Shown in pieces: positions 1 to 9,761 of a stretch of DNA of 64,000 bases (the first letter of the stretch is position 1; every line of letters begins with the position of its first letter). The notes below the pieces were generated by a model that saw nothing but the letters and a program-made list of their open reading frames with translations, ran no database searches and was not told where the DNA came from. The stretch lies in the NCBI GenBank assembly GCA_963736115.1, contig CAVTNR010000027.1, forward strand, positions 128,098 through 192,097, written 5' to 3'. Origin of the DNA: an uncultured bacterium (lineage in GTDB: Bacteria; Zhuqueibacterota; QNDG01; DTFT01). The position numbers and the translations under genes are program-made.

Positions 1-166
1 GCCCTGTAACCGGCGGGGCTTTTTCATTTGCTTGACTTGAAAAAATACCCTACCTTATGAGGTGCGAACCGGAACCGGTGGGCGTTCCTCTTCCGGATGG
101 CAGGAGCAAGAATCCTTCCAACGGAGATTCGGCCGAAAACCGCGCATCCGAGAACGGAGGAAGCGA

Positions 167-1105
167 GTGACCCAGATGTACCCTTTCTACCCCGTCAAGC
201 GTTTCGTGACACCGGCCCCGATTCCCTTTATCGCCGCCGCAGAAGCGCTCCCGGACAATCAGCGCATTCTTGTTTTTCTGCCGCACTCGGACGACGGCCG
301 GTATTTCGGCGGATCGCTTCATCTGCTCAACCGTCGGAACGCAGTCCGCATCGTGGTCATGTCGCCCGGGTTTCTCGGCGTGGACCAGGATCTGCCGATC
401 GAGAAAAAAACCCGGCTGCGATGGGAAGAAGCCGTTTCCTGGGCGCGGGTGCTGGGATTCAAGCCCGAACAGCTGGTTGATTTCAGGGCTGATCAGACCT
501 ATACCTCCCAGTCCGTCGATGCGGGTGAGATGGAACGCCTGCGGTCCTTCATCGCGGAACAATCGCCCACCATGGCATTCATTCCGAATCTCAGCGATAC
601 CGCCCAGGCCGTCAATTACAACACGCGCGCCATGGTCATCGCTTCCCTACTCTCCTTTATCGAGGAGCGGCACCGTCGCGAGCCCTCCGCTTTATCGCCA
701 TTCCTGCTGGTCGAATACCCTACCAACCATGTGCCCATTCTGCCCCCTTCGGACCGGAACTTCGTCATTTTTTTCAACGATCCGGTTCTCTCCCGGCTGA
801 GACGCGAAGCGAACCTGGAGCACCGCAGTCAAAGCACCTCCTGCTTCGACATCACGGAGTCGCTGGTCGAGGCGGTTCACGCCATCTCCGAGGCCGATAC
901 CATCCATTACCTGCAGAAACGGCAGACCTGCGCGGAGGGTCTGAGGAGCATCACGGTCGATCCGCGAACGTCGCGGGGCGAGCATTTCGGCGTGACCAAG
1001 CTCGACGTGAAAGGCGATCCGCCTGCCATTGTCGAGCTCCGTCTGGAATTTCCGCTTTCCGAAACGGACCGGCAGGTCTGGAACCGGGAGGTGGCGGGGG
1101 TTTGA
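167..1105 (+). CDS. PIG-L/LmbE family deacetylase-like protein
   Basis: ORF 62..1105 with ILVFLPHSDD (PHxDD motif) and LRWEEA..ARVLG. GTG at 167 follows a GGAGG SD at 156-160. The second HxDH motif appears absent. Confidence 0.7.
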   Translation: MTQMYPFYPVKRFVTPAPIPFIAAAEALPDNQRILVFLPHSDDGRYFGGSLHLLNRRNAVRIVVMSPGFLGVDQDLPIEKKTRLRWEEAVSWARVLGFKPEQLVDFRADQTYTSQSVDAGEMERLRSFIAEQSPTMAFIPNLSDTAQAVNYNTRAMVIASLLSFIEERHRREPSALSPFLLVEYPTNHVPILPPSDRNFVIFFNDPVLSRLRREANLEHRSQSTSCFDITESLVEAVHAISEADTIHYLQKRQTCAEGLRSITVDPRTSRGEHFGVTKLDVKGDPPAIVELRLEFPLSETDRQVWNREVAGV

Positions 1106-1108
1106 AGA

Positions 1109-1319
1109 AGTTCATAGTTCATAGTTCATGGTAAATAGTTTTGGCCCCCCATAACAAAAGACCTGAAAGGTCTACCGGACCTTTCAGGTCTTTTTGATAA
1201 CCCATCACGGGATTGTCCACCCCACCCTGGATCCCCGATAGAACAGCTCGGGGATGACCCCCAGCCCTTATCCCGAAACACTCATTTTTCTATGAACCAT
1301 GAACTATCAACTATGAACT
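1109..1319. repeat. Inverted heptamer arrays (AGTTCAT)n...(ATGAACT)n enclosing two palindromes
   Basis: AGTTCAT x3 at 1109-1129; complementary array at 1290-1319. Internal hairpins AAAAGACCTGAAAGGTC..GACCTTTCAGGTCTTTT (~1156-1195) and ATCCCCGA..TCGGGGAT (~1231-1255). Confidence 0.85.
1156..1195. terminator. Bidirectional terminator-like / REP-like hairpin between convergent genes
   Basis: Long inverted repeat with A- and T-tracts between the stops at 1105 and 1321. Confidence 0.6.
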
Positions 1320-1320
1320 T

Positions 1321-2343
1321 TTAAAAAGTCATCCCGATCGAGAACTTCTGGATCTCCTTCAGCACCCCGAAATCCGCCCACGCGTAGTCCAGCATCAGGG
1401 ACGATGTTCCGAACATCCTGTATTGCACGCCCCCGCCGAACGTCAGACCCTCCTCGCTGTCCTTCGCGAACAGGCTCTTGTATCCCGCGCGCAGAGCCAC
1501 CATCCGGTGAAACACGTACTCCGCGCCCACGTTCACGCTCTCCACGTCGTCGTTCGGATGAAGCGCGTCCACCGCCAGCGTCAGATTGCTGTCGTACAGA
1601 CCCTTCAGAACGTCCACGCTCATCCCCACACGGAACAAAAGCGGCATGTCCCACTTGTCCGTCTGAAGATTCGCGTTGATGTTCGGGTTGTTCCCAGACA
1701 CCGTCGCGTCGATGTCCTTCTGTACCAGCGCGTCCTGGCCGCCCATCTGCATCTTCGTCCCGTAATTCGATATGCTCATCCCCAGACGAAGACCCTCCAG
1801 CTGGGTGTCGAACAGCGTCCCCACGTCGAACGCCATGCCGCGCGCGTTCATGTGGAAGATCTTCTCCTGAACGTATTTCGCGTTGAACCCGATCGAAAAC
1901 CGGTCCGTCAGATTACGGGCGTAACTCAGCGCGAACGCGTAGCTCCCCGCCGAAAACGTCTCGCCCGTCCCCTCCGGCTCCATCGTCGTCGTCCGGTCCA
2001 TGTCCCCCATCGTCAGGAACTGAGCGCTCACGCCCAGAACCCCCACGCCACCCACCGGAACCGCAACCGCCGCGTGGTTGTACGCGATGTCCGCGATCCA
2101 CTGCGTGTTGCTGAACGACGCCTGGCCGCCCTTCATCCGGGCGATCCCAGCCGGATTCCAGTACACCCCGCTGATGTCGTCCACCACCGACACGAACGCG
2201 CTGCCCATGCCCACGCCCCGCGCGCCCTGGTCGATGTTCAAAAACGCCGCGGACGTCGTCCCCGCCTTCGTCACCTCCCGGCCGTATGCCGGGAAGGACA
2301 CCAGAAGCGCCAATCCCACAAGTATCAGCTTTTTCATCTTCAT
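1321..2343 (-). CDS. PorV/PorQ family (UPF0164-like) outer-membrane beta-barrel, cassette A
   Basis: Signal peptide, then FLNIDQGARGVGMGSAFV..DD.SGVYWNPAG (PorV/FadL-like N-terminal signature); C-terminal aromatic F. Confidence 0.88.
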   Translation of the reverse strand: MKMKKLILVGLALLVSFPAYGREVTKAGTTSAAFLNIDQGARGVGMGSAFVSVVDDISGVYWNPAGIARMKGGQASFSNTQWIADIAYNHAAVAVPVGGVGVLGVSAQFLTMGDMDRTTTMEPEGTGETFSAGSYAFALSYARNLTDRFSIGFNAKYVQEKIFHMNARGMAFDVGTLFDTQLEGLRLGMSISNYGTKMQMGGQDALVQKDIDATVSGNNPNINANLQTDKWDMPLLFRVGMSVDVLKGLYDSNLTLAVDALHPNDDVESVNVGAEYVFHRMVALRAGYKSLFAKDSEEGLTFGGGVQYRMFGTSSLMLDYAWADFGVLKEIQKFSIGMTF

Positions 2344-2383
2344 GTCTCCTTGATATCGTCTATCGGAGCCCGATTCCCTGGTC

Positions 2384-2498
2384 AGTTCATGGTTCAGAGT
2401 TCATAGCTCATAGTTAAAAAAGATTTCTTGTCGCTTCATCTTTTCCGTTGTTCACGATTCTCTTTCAACCATGAACTATGAACCATGAACTATGAACT
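2384..2498. repeat. Heptamer-array hairpin between cargo gene and PorV gene (copy A)
   Basis: AGTTCAT-type units x4 at 2384-2415 and ATGAACT-type units x4 at 2467-2498. Confidence 0.85.
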
Positions 2499-2499
2499 C

Positions 2500-5400
2500 T
2501 TATTTGACGATCGCGAACTTCCCGACCTTTTGCCCGATGTCCCCGGCGTCGACGTGATAGATGTACACGCCGTAGGCGACATCCAGGTTGTCCTTGGACC
2601 GCACATCCCAGATTTCGGTGCCGTTGGAGGCGGCCGGAGTGTTGTGCTCGAGCGTCTGAATGAGCTGGCCGCGCACGTTGAAGATCTTGATCGTGCACAC
2701 GGCCGGAAGGTGGGTGAAGTGAATCTCACGAGGCCCGCGTCCGTCGGCGTAAGGATTCAGGGCTTCAAAGGAATTGGCCACGATGTACGGATTGGGCACG
2801 ACTTTGATGAGGTCCAGCTGGGTCTCCGCTATCAGGTTGCTGACATCTTCTCCCTGAACGGTGAACTCGAACACGTCCTGGCTGCGGAACGGCTTGAGCA
2901 GGCGGACGCGCATGGTGTCCCCCGCCGCCGGATTGGCGAGCGAGTCGTTCACCATTCGCACGAGCCAGCTCGACAGCAGCACCGAACCCGTGTCCGGCGC
3001 GACGATGGTGATTTCGTCGGCCTGCGCCCGCACCGTAAACGCGGAGAAGACGCCGTCGTTGCCGTCATTTTCGATGAATCCGAACGGCATCCGCTCCCGG
3101 GTGACGGGGTCCTGAACCGTGAAATTGACCGGGACTGCGGGCATGAGACGGCCCCTGCGCATGAACGCGTCTGAGGTGTCGACTCCTGCGGGTCCGATGA
3201 CGATGTCAAAATCCCGCGACAGCGGAATTTCCTTCTCCTCCCGGTACGCGTACGGCAGGCAGGTGAAGCTGTTGAGGCCGACTCGGCTCCAGCCGCTGGT
3301 CAGCGTGTCCATCTCCAGATACCGCTCGTTCTGGAGCGTGAGTTCGAAACCGTCGTACGGGGGGAACTTGATCGTCTGCTCGGTCCAGGGAATCTTATCG
3401 ACGATCACACGCCCCTCGGTCTGGTCGACAAGACTGACGTTCTTGGTGAAGATCGTGTCCGCGAAGCTCCGGACCACCTTGAGCGTCTCTTCAAAGGCGA
3501 TGCGGTACACGTGATTCGGCTTCACCACGGCCGGATCGAGTATCGAGAGGTTCACCCGGCCGCTGGTCGTACCTCCCGGCAGAAGCGCAACTCCCGGTGA
3601 AGAAGCCGGCAGGTATCCGGCGGACGGCGCTTCGGGCCGGACCACAACCACGTTTTTGCCTTTCTCGTCCACGGTCCCGTCCGCGGCCATGGAGATGAAT
3701 TTCGAACACTCAGAAGGCGGAATGGACATGCCCTCGCCGCGGTCATAGGATGTGACCGCATAGTAGTACGTGTAGCCGTTCTTGGCTGTGTTGTCGACGA
3801 AGGAATGCTCGATGCCCGTGTCGTCGCCGAGATAGAACTGCACGCCCCGGAGTCCGACCGGCGAGTAGCCGGTGATGCCGTTGGCCAGATCGAACTGGAC
3901 CAGCGGCTTGCGGTAGGTGACGGATCCCGAACCGTCGGTGATGGGCGTCATGTCGTTCCAGCCCGGATCCGTGGAACGGTAAATCCGATACCCCTCGAAG
4001 TCGAATCCGCTGATCGGATCGTAGCTCTTCTCCGCAATGTCGTTCCAGTACAGCGTGACCTGTCCGTTCCCAGGAACCGCGTTCAGAGTGGGGATGATCG
4101 GCGCCTTGGCGAAATTGTAGTTTTCGTCATAGGCCCGCGCCATGTAACGCTTGTTGGTGACCAGTTCGTCCAGTCCGAAGCCCAGCACAAGCCCCATGGA
4201 GAACCGCTGAATGAACCCGGGCTGCATCGGGAAATATCCGGCGCCCCAGAACAGTTCGGTATTAGCCCGCGTCATGGTCTCCGTGAGTTGGCCCGGCCGG
4301 ACCTTGGCCCAGACGGCTTCGTCGTCAGACTGGGCGAAACTCGTCCAGGCGTACATGTTGAAGCTCGTCAGGCCGATCATGTCGGTTTCGGAGATGTCCG
4401 TCTTGTCGAAATGGGGCTCGCCGAGCGTCGGCTGTCCGTCCCGTTCTCCAGGATCTCCGGTGTCAGCAGCGCCGTCGCGCTCCGGTGTCGTCGAGCAGGG
4501 CGTTCCAGTCCCCGTCATTGTCCAGGCTGTCGTCGCGGCGTTCGTCGATGAGCTTGTTGTCCAAACCCGCGCCGGTGAGGTAATTGATGTACTTGAGCCC
4601 CGTGTTGATATACCGGGAAACCGATCCCACGGTCGTCCCGTTGTTCTCGTCGATGATGCCGTTGAGGTTGTCATCAACCAGATTATTCGGCACTTCCACG
4701 AGCGAACTGCCGGCCGCGAAATTAAAAGTCTGGTCGATGTAACGGACCGTGACGCCTTCCGCCGGCATGGTGGTCATAGTACGCGCGTATGTGGTGTAAT
4801 CGATCAGTACGATCGGATCGCCTGCATTGACGGTCTGGGGATTGAACGTCGCCTCGGTGATGACGGGGCCAGGACCGTTTATGCCGTCTCCGTCATTGTC
4901 GATGCCGTCCACCGCATTGCCCGGACTTTCCAGGAACGCGCCGCCGATCCACCCAACCGGCGTCCATCCGCCGGCGCCGATATTGTCGTCATCCCACAGG
5001 TAGGCCATGTCCTCTTCGAGACTGTAGGCGCCGTCGTCATCGTCGCCTTCGCCGCCGTACACGGTGTTGGTCTCGCCGACGTTGTTTCCGATCTTGTAGC
5101 CGAATGCCATTTTATTGTGATACGTGGTGCCGATGTTTTCGATATCGTACAGGATGTAGATGCAGTCCTCGACCAGGGCGTTCGACCACTGAAAGCTCCG
5201 CACCCACATGCGCATGCCGAGACCCTTGCGACTGAAGTCGGTGGTGTCCGGAAAGAAGTTGAATTCCTTGTTCTGGTAGTCGTCCGACACGAAGTAGGCC
5301 TCTTCATCCGCGTTGAACTGGTCCTTCCCGAAATATCCGTTCCAGGATCCCGCCCACCCCGGATCTATGGCGTCGTCGGACTTGTCCGGCCACGCGGCCG

Positions 5401-5887
5401 GCCACGAATACGGCCACTTACTCATGGCGATCGAATTGGTCTCATCATTGGAATTGAAAAATCCTGGGAGCGGCATGAACGTCCACCACGTTCCTGTGGC
5501 GAGGTCCGCGTCGCCGGCGGAATAATTGCCGGACGATGCGGGATTGTTCGGATTGCCCGCGCTGGTCACCGTGCTGCTGATGTGACGCAGTATCCCGTCG
5601 CCGTCGACGACTTCAGAGCACACGAAAACGTTCGCGTCGAGCAGATACGGATGACCGGAATTGATGGGCCATTCGCCGCCGATGCCGCCCTGTCCCTTCG
5701 GGTTGGCGGCGTTGCACCCGTAGGTGCCGTCATTGAAGAAGGTGAGGCGGATCTGGTTACCCGCATGGAGTCCCTTCTTCATGTTGGCGAAATCGCCGTG
5801 CATCGATTTCATCTGGGACTGGGCCAGAAGCGCCGGAGCCAGCCCCAGAAGGGTGAAACACACCAGACCTTTGATTATCCGTTTCAT
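2500..5887 (-). CDS. Large secreted acidic protein with FN3-like domain and T9SS-like C-terminal sorting domain, cassette A (one +1 frameshift at ~4480)
   Basis: ORFs 4463..5887 and 2500..4677 join at DDTG|RDGAA and are colinear with paralog B. Signal peptide; DGIDNDGDG motifs; VTLYWN..FEGYRIYRS..YYYAVTSYD; C-terminus PNPY..GVY..KFAIVK. Confidence 0.8.
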
Positions 5888-5906
5888 ATATTGGCTCCTT
5901 GACGCG

Positions 5907-8879
5907 TTAAAAACCCACCGACAGGCCGATTTGAATCTGGCGAGGAGACGTGTACCAGCTCGGCTGTTTGGCCCATTCCTGCACGGTCCCGATCCGATTG
6001 GCGTCGTATCCGGCCATTTCCGGATCGCGGGTCGAGGTCTCGTCGGCTTTCTGCGTGTCCGAGTAGACGTTGGTCACGTCATGGATGTCGAACACGTTGT
6101 AGACATTCATGAAAAGATTGAAATTCAGTCCGGCCATCCGGATGCCGCGGTCAATGGTGAGGTCCACGTTCCGCTGGATCGGCTTACGCTGACTGTTCTG
6201 CTGGAGTCCGCTGTAGGAGCCGGAGCCCATGGCCTCGCCCGAACGGAAGGTCGGGGTGTACGGCGTGCCGCTCCAGATGTTCCCGATCATCGAGAACATC
6301 CAGCTTGACAGCCTGTAGCGGACAACGGCGTTCAGCGTGTGGGGCTGATCGAAGCCCATGGGGATCAGGGCCAGACGCTGTTCCTGATTGTTGTTGTAGG
6401 CGGTGTACGCGTCCGCGGGGCTGGTGTAGGTGCCCTCGGCCTTCTGGTAGGTGTAGTCGACGCGGGCCGCAAAATTGCGGGTCATGCGCTTCTCGAACTT
6501 GACGGTGAAGCCGCGGACGTTCTCGTAGTCCTTGTTCGTGTACTGCATGTACTTCACCGCTGGATTGTAGGTGTCGATCATGGCCGTGGTGCCCACCCAG
6601 TCCCGGACGTCCCGGTAGAACACGGACACGTCGAGACCGATGTCCTCCGTCACCTGCTGCTGCAGGCCGATTTCATACTGGGTGGTGCGCTGCGGTTTGA
6701 GATTGGCGTTGCCCAGCACATAGGTGCCGCCGCTCTGGCTCATCTTGAAATCCGGACGGTCGAACAGGTACTGGAAGTCCGGCGTCTGGAAGAAATGGCC
6801 GTATGAGAAATGGATGGCGCCCCGGTCCGTGATCGGGAACGACAGGCCGAAACGCGGGCTGAGGGCCCAGGTGGCGGACGACTTTTTCTGCATGAACGAA
6901 CGCCTCTGTTCCACGGTCCACTCCACGCGCTCCGCCGCGGGGGCGTCGGGATTCACGTAGATGTTGGACGGCTTGAGCGGCGTATACACACTCGGATCGG
7001 ACGGATCGGCCACGACCACGCTGTTGGCGTCGAAATAATCCATGCGGAGGCCGACGTTCACGATCAGGTCCTTCAGCTCGATTTTATCCTGGAGATAGCT
7101 GGAGAACTCACGCGGCTTTCGGTTGTAGATGGACCGCTGGATACTGGAAACGTCCGGCACGACCGGCTGAAACGGAACCAGGGCGGTGGTGCCGCCCGCG
7201 TCCGTTTTCGCCATCAGCGTGTAGGAGTCCAGTGTCAGTTCATGGGTCCGCGCCTCGAATCCGAACTTCATCTGGTGGATTTGGTTGAGCTGGCTGGTCA
7301 GATCCAACTTGGCGACCCAGTAGCCCGTACTGCGGTTGTAACGGTTGAGCTCGTTTCCGCCGTTATTGAAGCTGTAGCTGGCGGGCGCGGAATTCGAGTC
7401 GGAAGACACATACCCTTCAGGACCGTCCACGATGGGGAGATAATAATAGGTGCGACGGTCGGTGATGACCTGGGTCAGCTGATTCTGGCCTTCGGCCGTG
7501 GTGGGGTCGATTTCGAATCCGGGCAGTCCGTTTGCGGCGTCCTCCATCACGCGGACGATATATTGAGGCGCGGCCAGGGGATTTGTGTAAAGGTGCTGCT
7601 CGTATTCATTGTAGAACCGGTTGATCCGGAATTCATAAAACGTCTTCTGGGACAGCACGTGGTTCATTTCGAAGATCTGGGTGAGGCCGTTTCCGCCCTG
7701 CCCGGGAATGCCGTCCGGCGCGTAGGTGTAGGCCTGGTTGTAGTTGCGGTCCTGGTTCCAGTTGTTCCAGAACGCGTTGTATTTCAGCGTGATGTGACTG
7801 CTCAGCCTGTACGCCAGCTTGCCCTGCAGGGTCTGACGCTCGTAGGGGCTGAGCGGAACGAACGCGCTGTCGCCGGGCGTGCCATAGGGCGTGAACCAGC
7901 GCCGGCCGTAGAGGTAACCCTCGTTCGAGACGAAACGGCCGTTGGCGAAGAAGGTCAACCGACTGCCAAGGAAGGGCACCGGACCGCCGAGGTTGAACTC
8001 GAGATTGTAGTCGGGATTGAATTCCTTCAGCGGGTTTTCCAGTTCGCCGGTGTGCATCTGCACCCCGGTGACCGGATGGGTCCCCACACCCGTGCGCTTG
8101 AGCAGGCTGAACTTCTGGCTCGAAGTGACGTAGTCGCCGACATACCCGTTGATGCTCCCGGACATCCGGTTCCCACCGTCCTTGGTGATGATTTTCACGA
8201 TGCCCGACATGGCCTGGCCATACTCGGCGTTGAACGTGCCGCTGAGTACCTGTAGCTCCTGGATCGAGTTGTTTTCGACCGTCACGCCGCTGGAGCCGTT
8301 GAACACATCGGTCGTGGCCACGCCGTCCACCCAGTAGGCGATTTCGCTGGAGCGTCCGCCGCGGATGTGCAGGCTGTTGCCCTGACGGGTCACGCCGGCC
8401 TGAAGCTGCAGCACATCCTCCACGCTCGACACAGGCAGGTCGGCGATTTCATCCGCGCCCACCGAAGAGAGCGAAGAGGTCATGTCCTTCCGAAAAAGGG
8501 GCCTTTCCGCCACGATGGTGACGCCTTCGTCCGATTCGAGAACCATCGGCTGGAGGTTGGTGTTGAGATCCGTGGTGAAATCGATGGAGACCCGGATCTT
8601 CTCAATCACGGTTCTTTTATACCCCATCATGGTCATCCGTACGGAGTAAATGCCCGGCGGAAGGGCAATGATGGCGTACTCGCCGTTCTCGTCCGTGATC
8701 GCGCCGAAACTGGTGCCTTCTACCAGGACGTTGACGCCCATGAGCGCCGCGCGGGTTTGGGAATCCTTCACCGCTCCCGCGATCTTGCCGGTGGTTCCGG
8801 CGATCAGCGGCAGGGCGAGGATCACGGGGAGAACGAATACCCCGAACAGACGCGCGAGAAAACGATCGGCTTTTTTCAT
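5907..8879 (-). CDS. TonB-dependent receptor with N-terminal carboxypeptidase-regulatory-like domain, cassette A
   Basis: GTTGKIAG.VKD N-domain; plug IRGGRSSEIAYWVDG..GTFNAEYG; SPRFG, LKPQRTTQYEIG; terminal PRQIQIGLSVGF. Confidence 0.92.
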   Translation of the reverse strand: MKKADRFLARLFGVFVLPVILALPLIAGTTGKIAGAVKDSQTRAALMGVNVLVEGTSFGAITDENGEYAIIALPPGIYSVRMTMMGYKRTVIEKIRVSIDFTTDLNTNLQPMVLESDEGVTIVAERPLFRKDMTSSLSSVGADEIADLPVSSVEDVLQLQAGVTRQGNSLHIRGGRSSEIAYWVDGVATTDVFNGSSGVTVENNSIQELQVLSGTFNAEYGQAMSGIVKIITKDGGNRMSGSINGYVGDYVTSSQKFSLLKRTGVGTHPVTGVQMHTGELENPLKEFNPDYNLEFNLGGPVPFLGSRLTFFANGRFVSNEGYLYGRRWFTPYGTPGDSAFVPLSPYERQTLQGKLAYRLSSHITLKYNAFWNNWNQDRNYNQAYTYAPDGIPGQGGNGLTQIFEMNHVLSQKTFYEFRINRFYNEYEQHLYTNPLAAPQYIVRVMEDAANGLPGFEIDPTTAEGQNQLTQVITDRRTYYYLPIVDGPEGYVSSDSNSAPASYSFNNGGNELNRYNRSTGYWVAKLDLTSQLNQIHQMKFGFEARTHELTLDSYTLMAKTDAGGTTALVPFQPVVPDVSSIQRSIYNRKPREFSSYLQDKIELKDLIVNVGLRMDYFDANSVVVADPSDPSVYTPLKPSNIYVNPDAPAAERVEWTVEQRRSFMQKKSSATWALSPRFGLSFPITDRGAIHFSYGHFFQTPDFQYLFDRPDFKMSQSGGTYVLGNANLKPQRTTQYEIGLQQQVTEDIGLDVSVFYRDVRDWVGTTAMIDTYNPAVKYMQYTNKDYENVRGFTVKFEKRMTRNFAARVDYTYQKAEGTYTSPADAYTAYNNNQEQRLALIPMGFDQPHTLNAVVRYRLSSWMFSMIGNIWSGTPYTPTFRSGEAMGSGSYSGLQQNSQRKPIQRNVDLTIDRGIRMAGLNFNLFMNVYNVFDIHDVTNVYSDTQKADETSTRDPEMAGYDANRIGTVQEWAKQPSWYTSPRQIQIGLSVGF

Positions 8880-9141
8880 GTCGGTTCGCTCCGGTTGATG
8901 ATGAATGTTTGGAATAATGTCGAGCGGGAGATGGAATAGACGGTGTGGGATAGCCGAAGGGGACGAATATCAGCGGCTCCTGTACTGGCGGGAGCCTGAT
9001 GGACGGTATTTGGACATTGTATTTGAGACATACCGGAACCCGAGTCTTGAGAATGGATCAGGGGAATCCGGAAAAGTGTCGTCCCTTCCTATCGACAGGC
9101 TCAAAACCGGTCTCTGAGCCGTTTTTCTCGGATGTCTGATA

Positions 9142-9170
9142 ATTATACAAAACCTCACTTAAAAAGTCAA
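9142..9170 (-). promoter_or_regulatory. Sigma70-type promoter of cassette A
   Basis: Minus strand TTGACT (9170-9165), 17-nt spacer, TATAAT (9147-9142). Confidence 0.7.
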
Positions 9171-9392
9171 GTAAATTACTGTCATTTCGGGATTACTACG
9201 TTTTCCCAGCCTTCATAATTCTCAGGAGAAAACGGTCAAAGTCAATCAAAAATTGACATATATTCAAATATTAAGTGGAATATTACCTTTCATCATTCAT
9301 TGTAGTTGCCTGATCCACAATAACCATTGTATAAAATCATCGGATGTTTCGTAACAAGGTTTCGCTGGTTTCCGTCTTATAGTGCGGTTTTT

Positions 9393-9552
9393 AATCGGGC
9401 GGCCAGAAGCCTGGTCATTCCGGTTTCAGTTTTTCTGGATGATTGAAAATGGAGCTCCTGGCCGCTCCGACGGGTCGAATTCCCCGATGCTTGCGGCGTC
9501 CATCATCCAAGTTTCCTGTGATACCCCGCTGCTTTCGGCGGGGTCCTTCATT
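9393..9552 (+). mobile_element. 160-bp palindromic mini-element (IS200/IS605-end-like MITE/PATE), copy 1
   Basis: Aligns over its full length with the reverse complement of 17787-17946; carries a GCGGCCAGAAGC..GCTCCTGGCCGC hairpin plus CCCCGC..GCGGGG hairpins. Confidence 0.65.
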
Positions 9553-9617
9553 TGGTGAGGTCCTTCAGGAGCCAGGCATGTTGGCTTGCCTCAGGACGAC
9601 TCCTTTAAAATTTACTA

Positions 9618-9656
9618 AACGATAAAGCGCCGGCATACACCGGCGCTTTATCGTTT
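9618..9656 (-). terminator. Hairpin terminator downstream of cassette B PorV gene
   Basis: AAACGATAAAGCGCCGG-loop-CCGGCGCTTTATCGTTT perfect inverted repeat. Confidence 0.7.
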
Positions 9657-9761
9657 CCTATCGTTCTGCTCAGCGGGATTCCGTTTCCCAGTCCGCCTCA
9701 GCCATGATTATTCTGCATCTCAGCGGAACTCGATAACCCGGAACCCTGCACCCGGAACGTC

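Noticed and set aside
1109-2498. Heptamer arrays as a CRISPR array
   Set aside because: The units are 7-nt tandem repeats without unique spacers, and no cas genes are present.
8880-9135. Cobalamin or TPP riboswitch ahead of the TonB receptor
   Set aside because: No B12-box or TPP consensus could be recognised on the minus strand.
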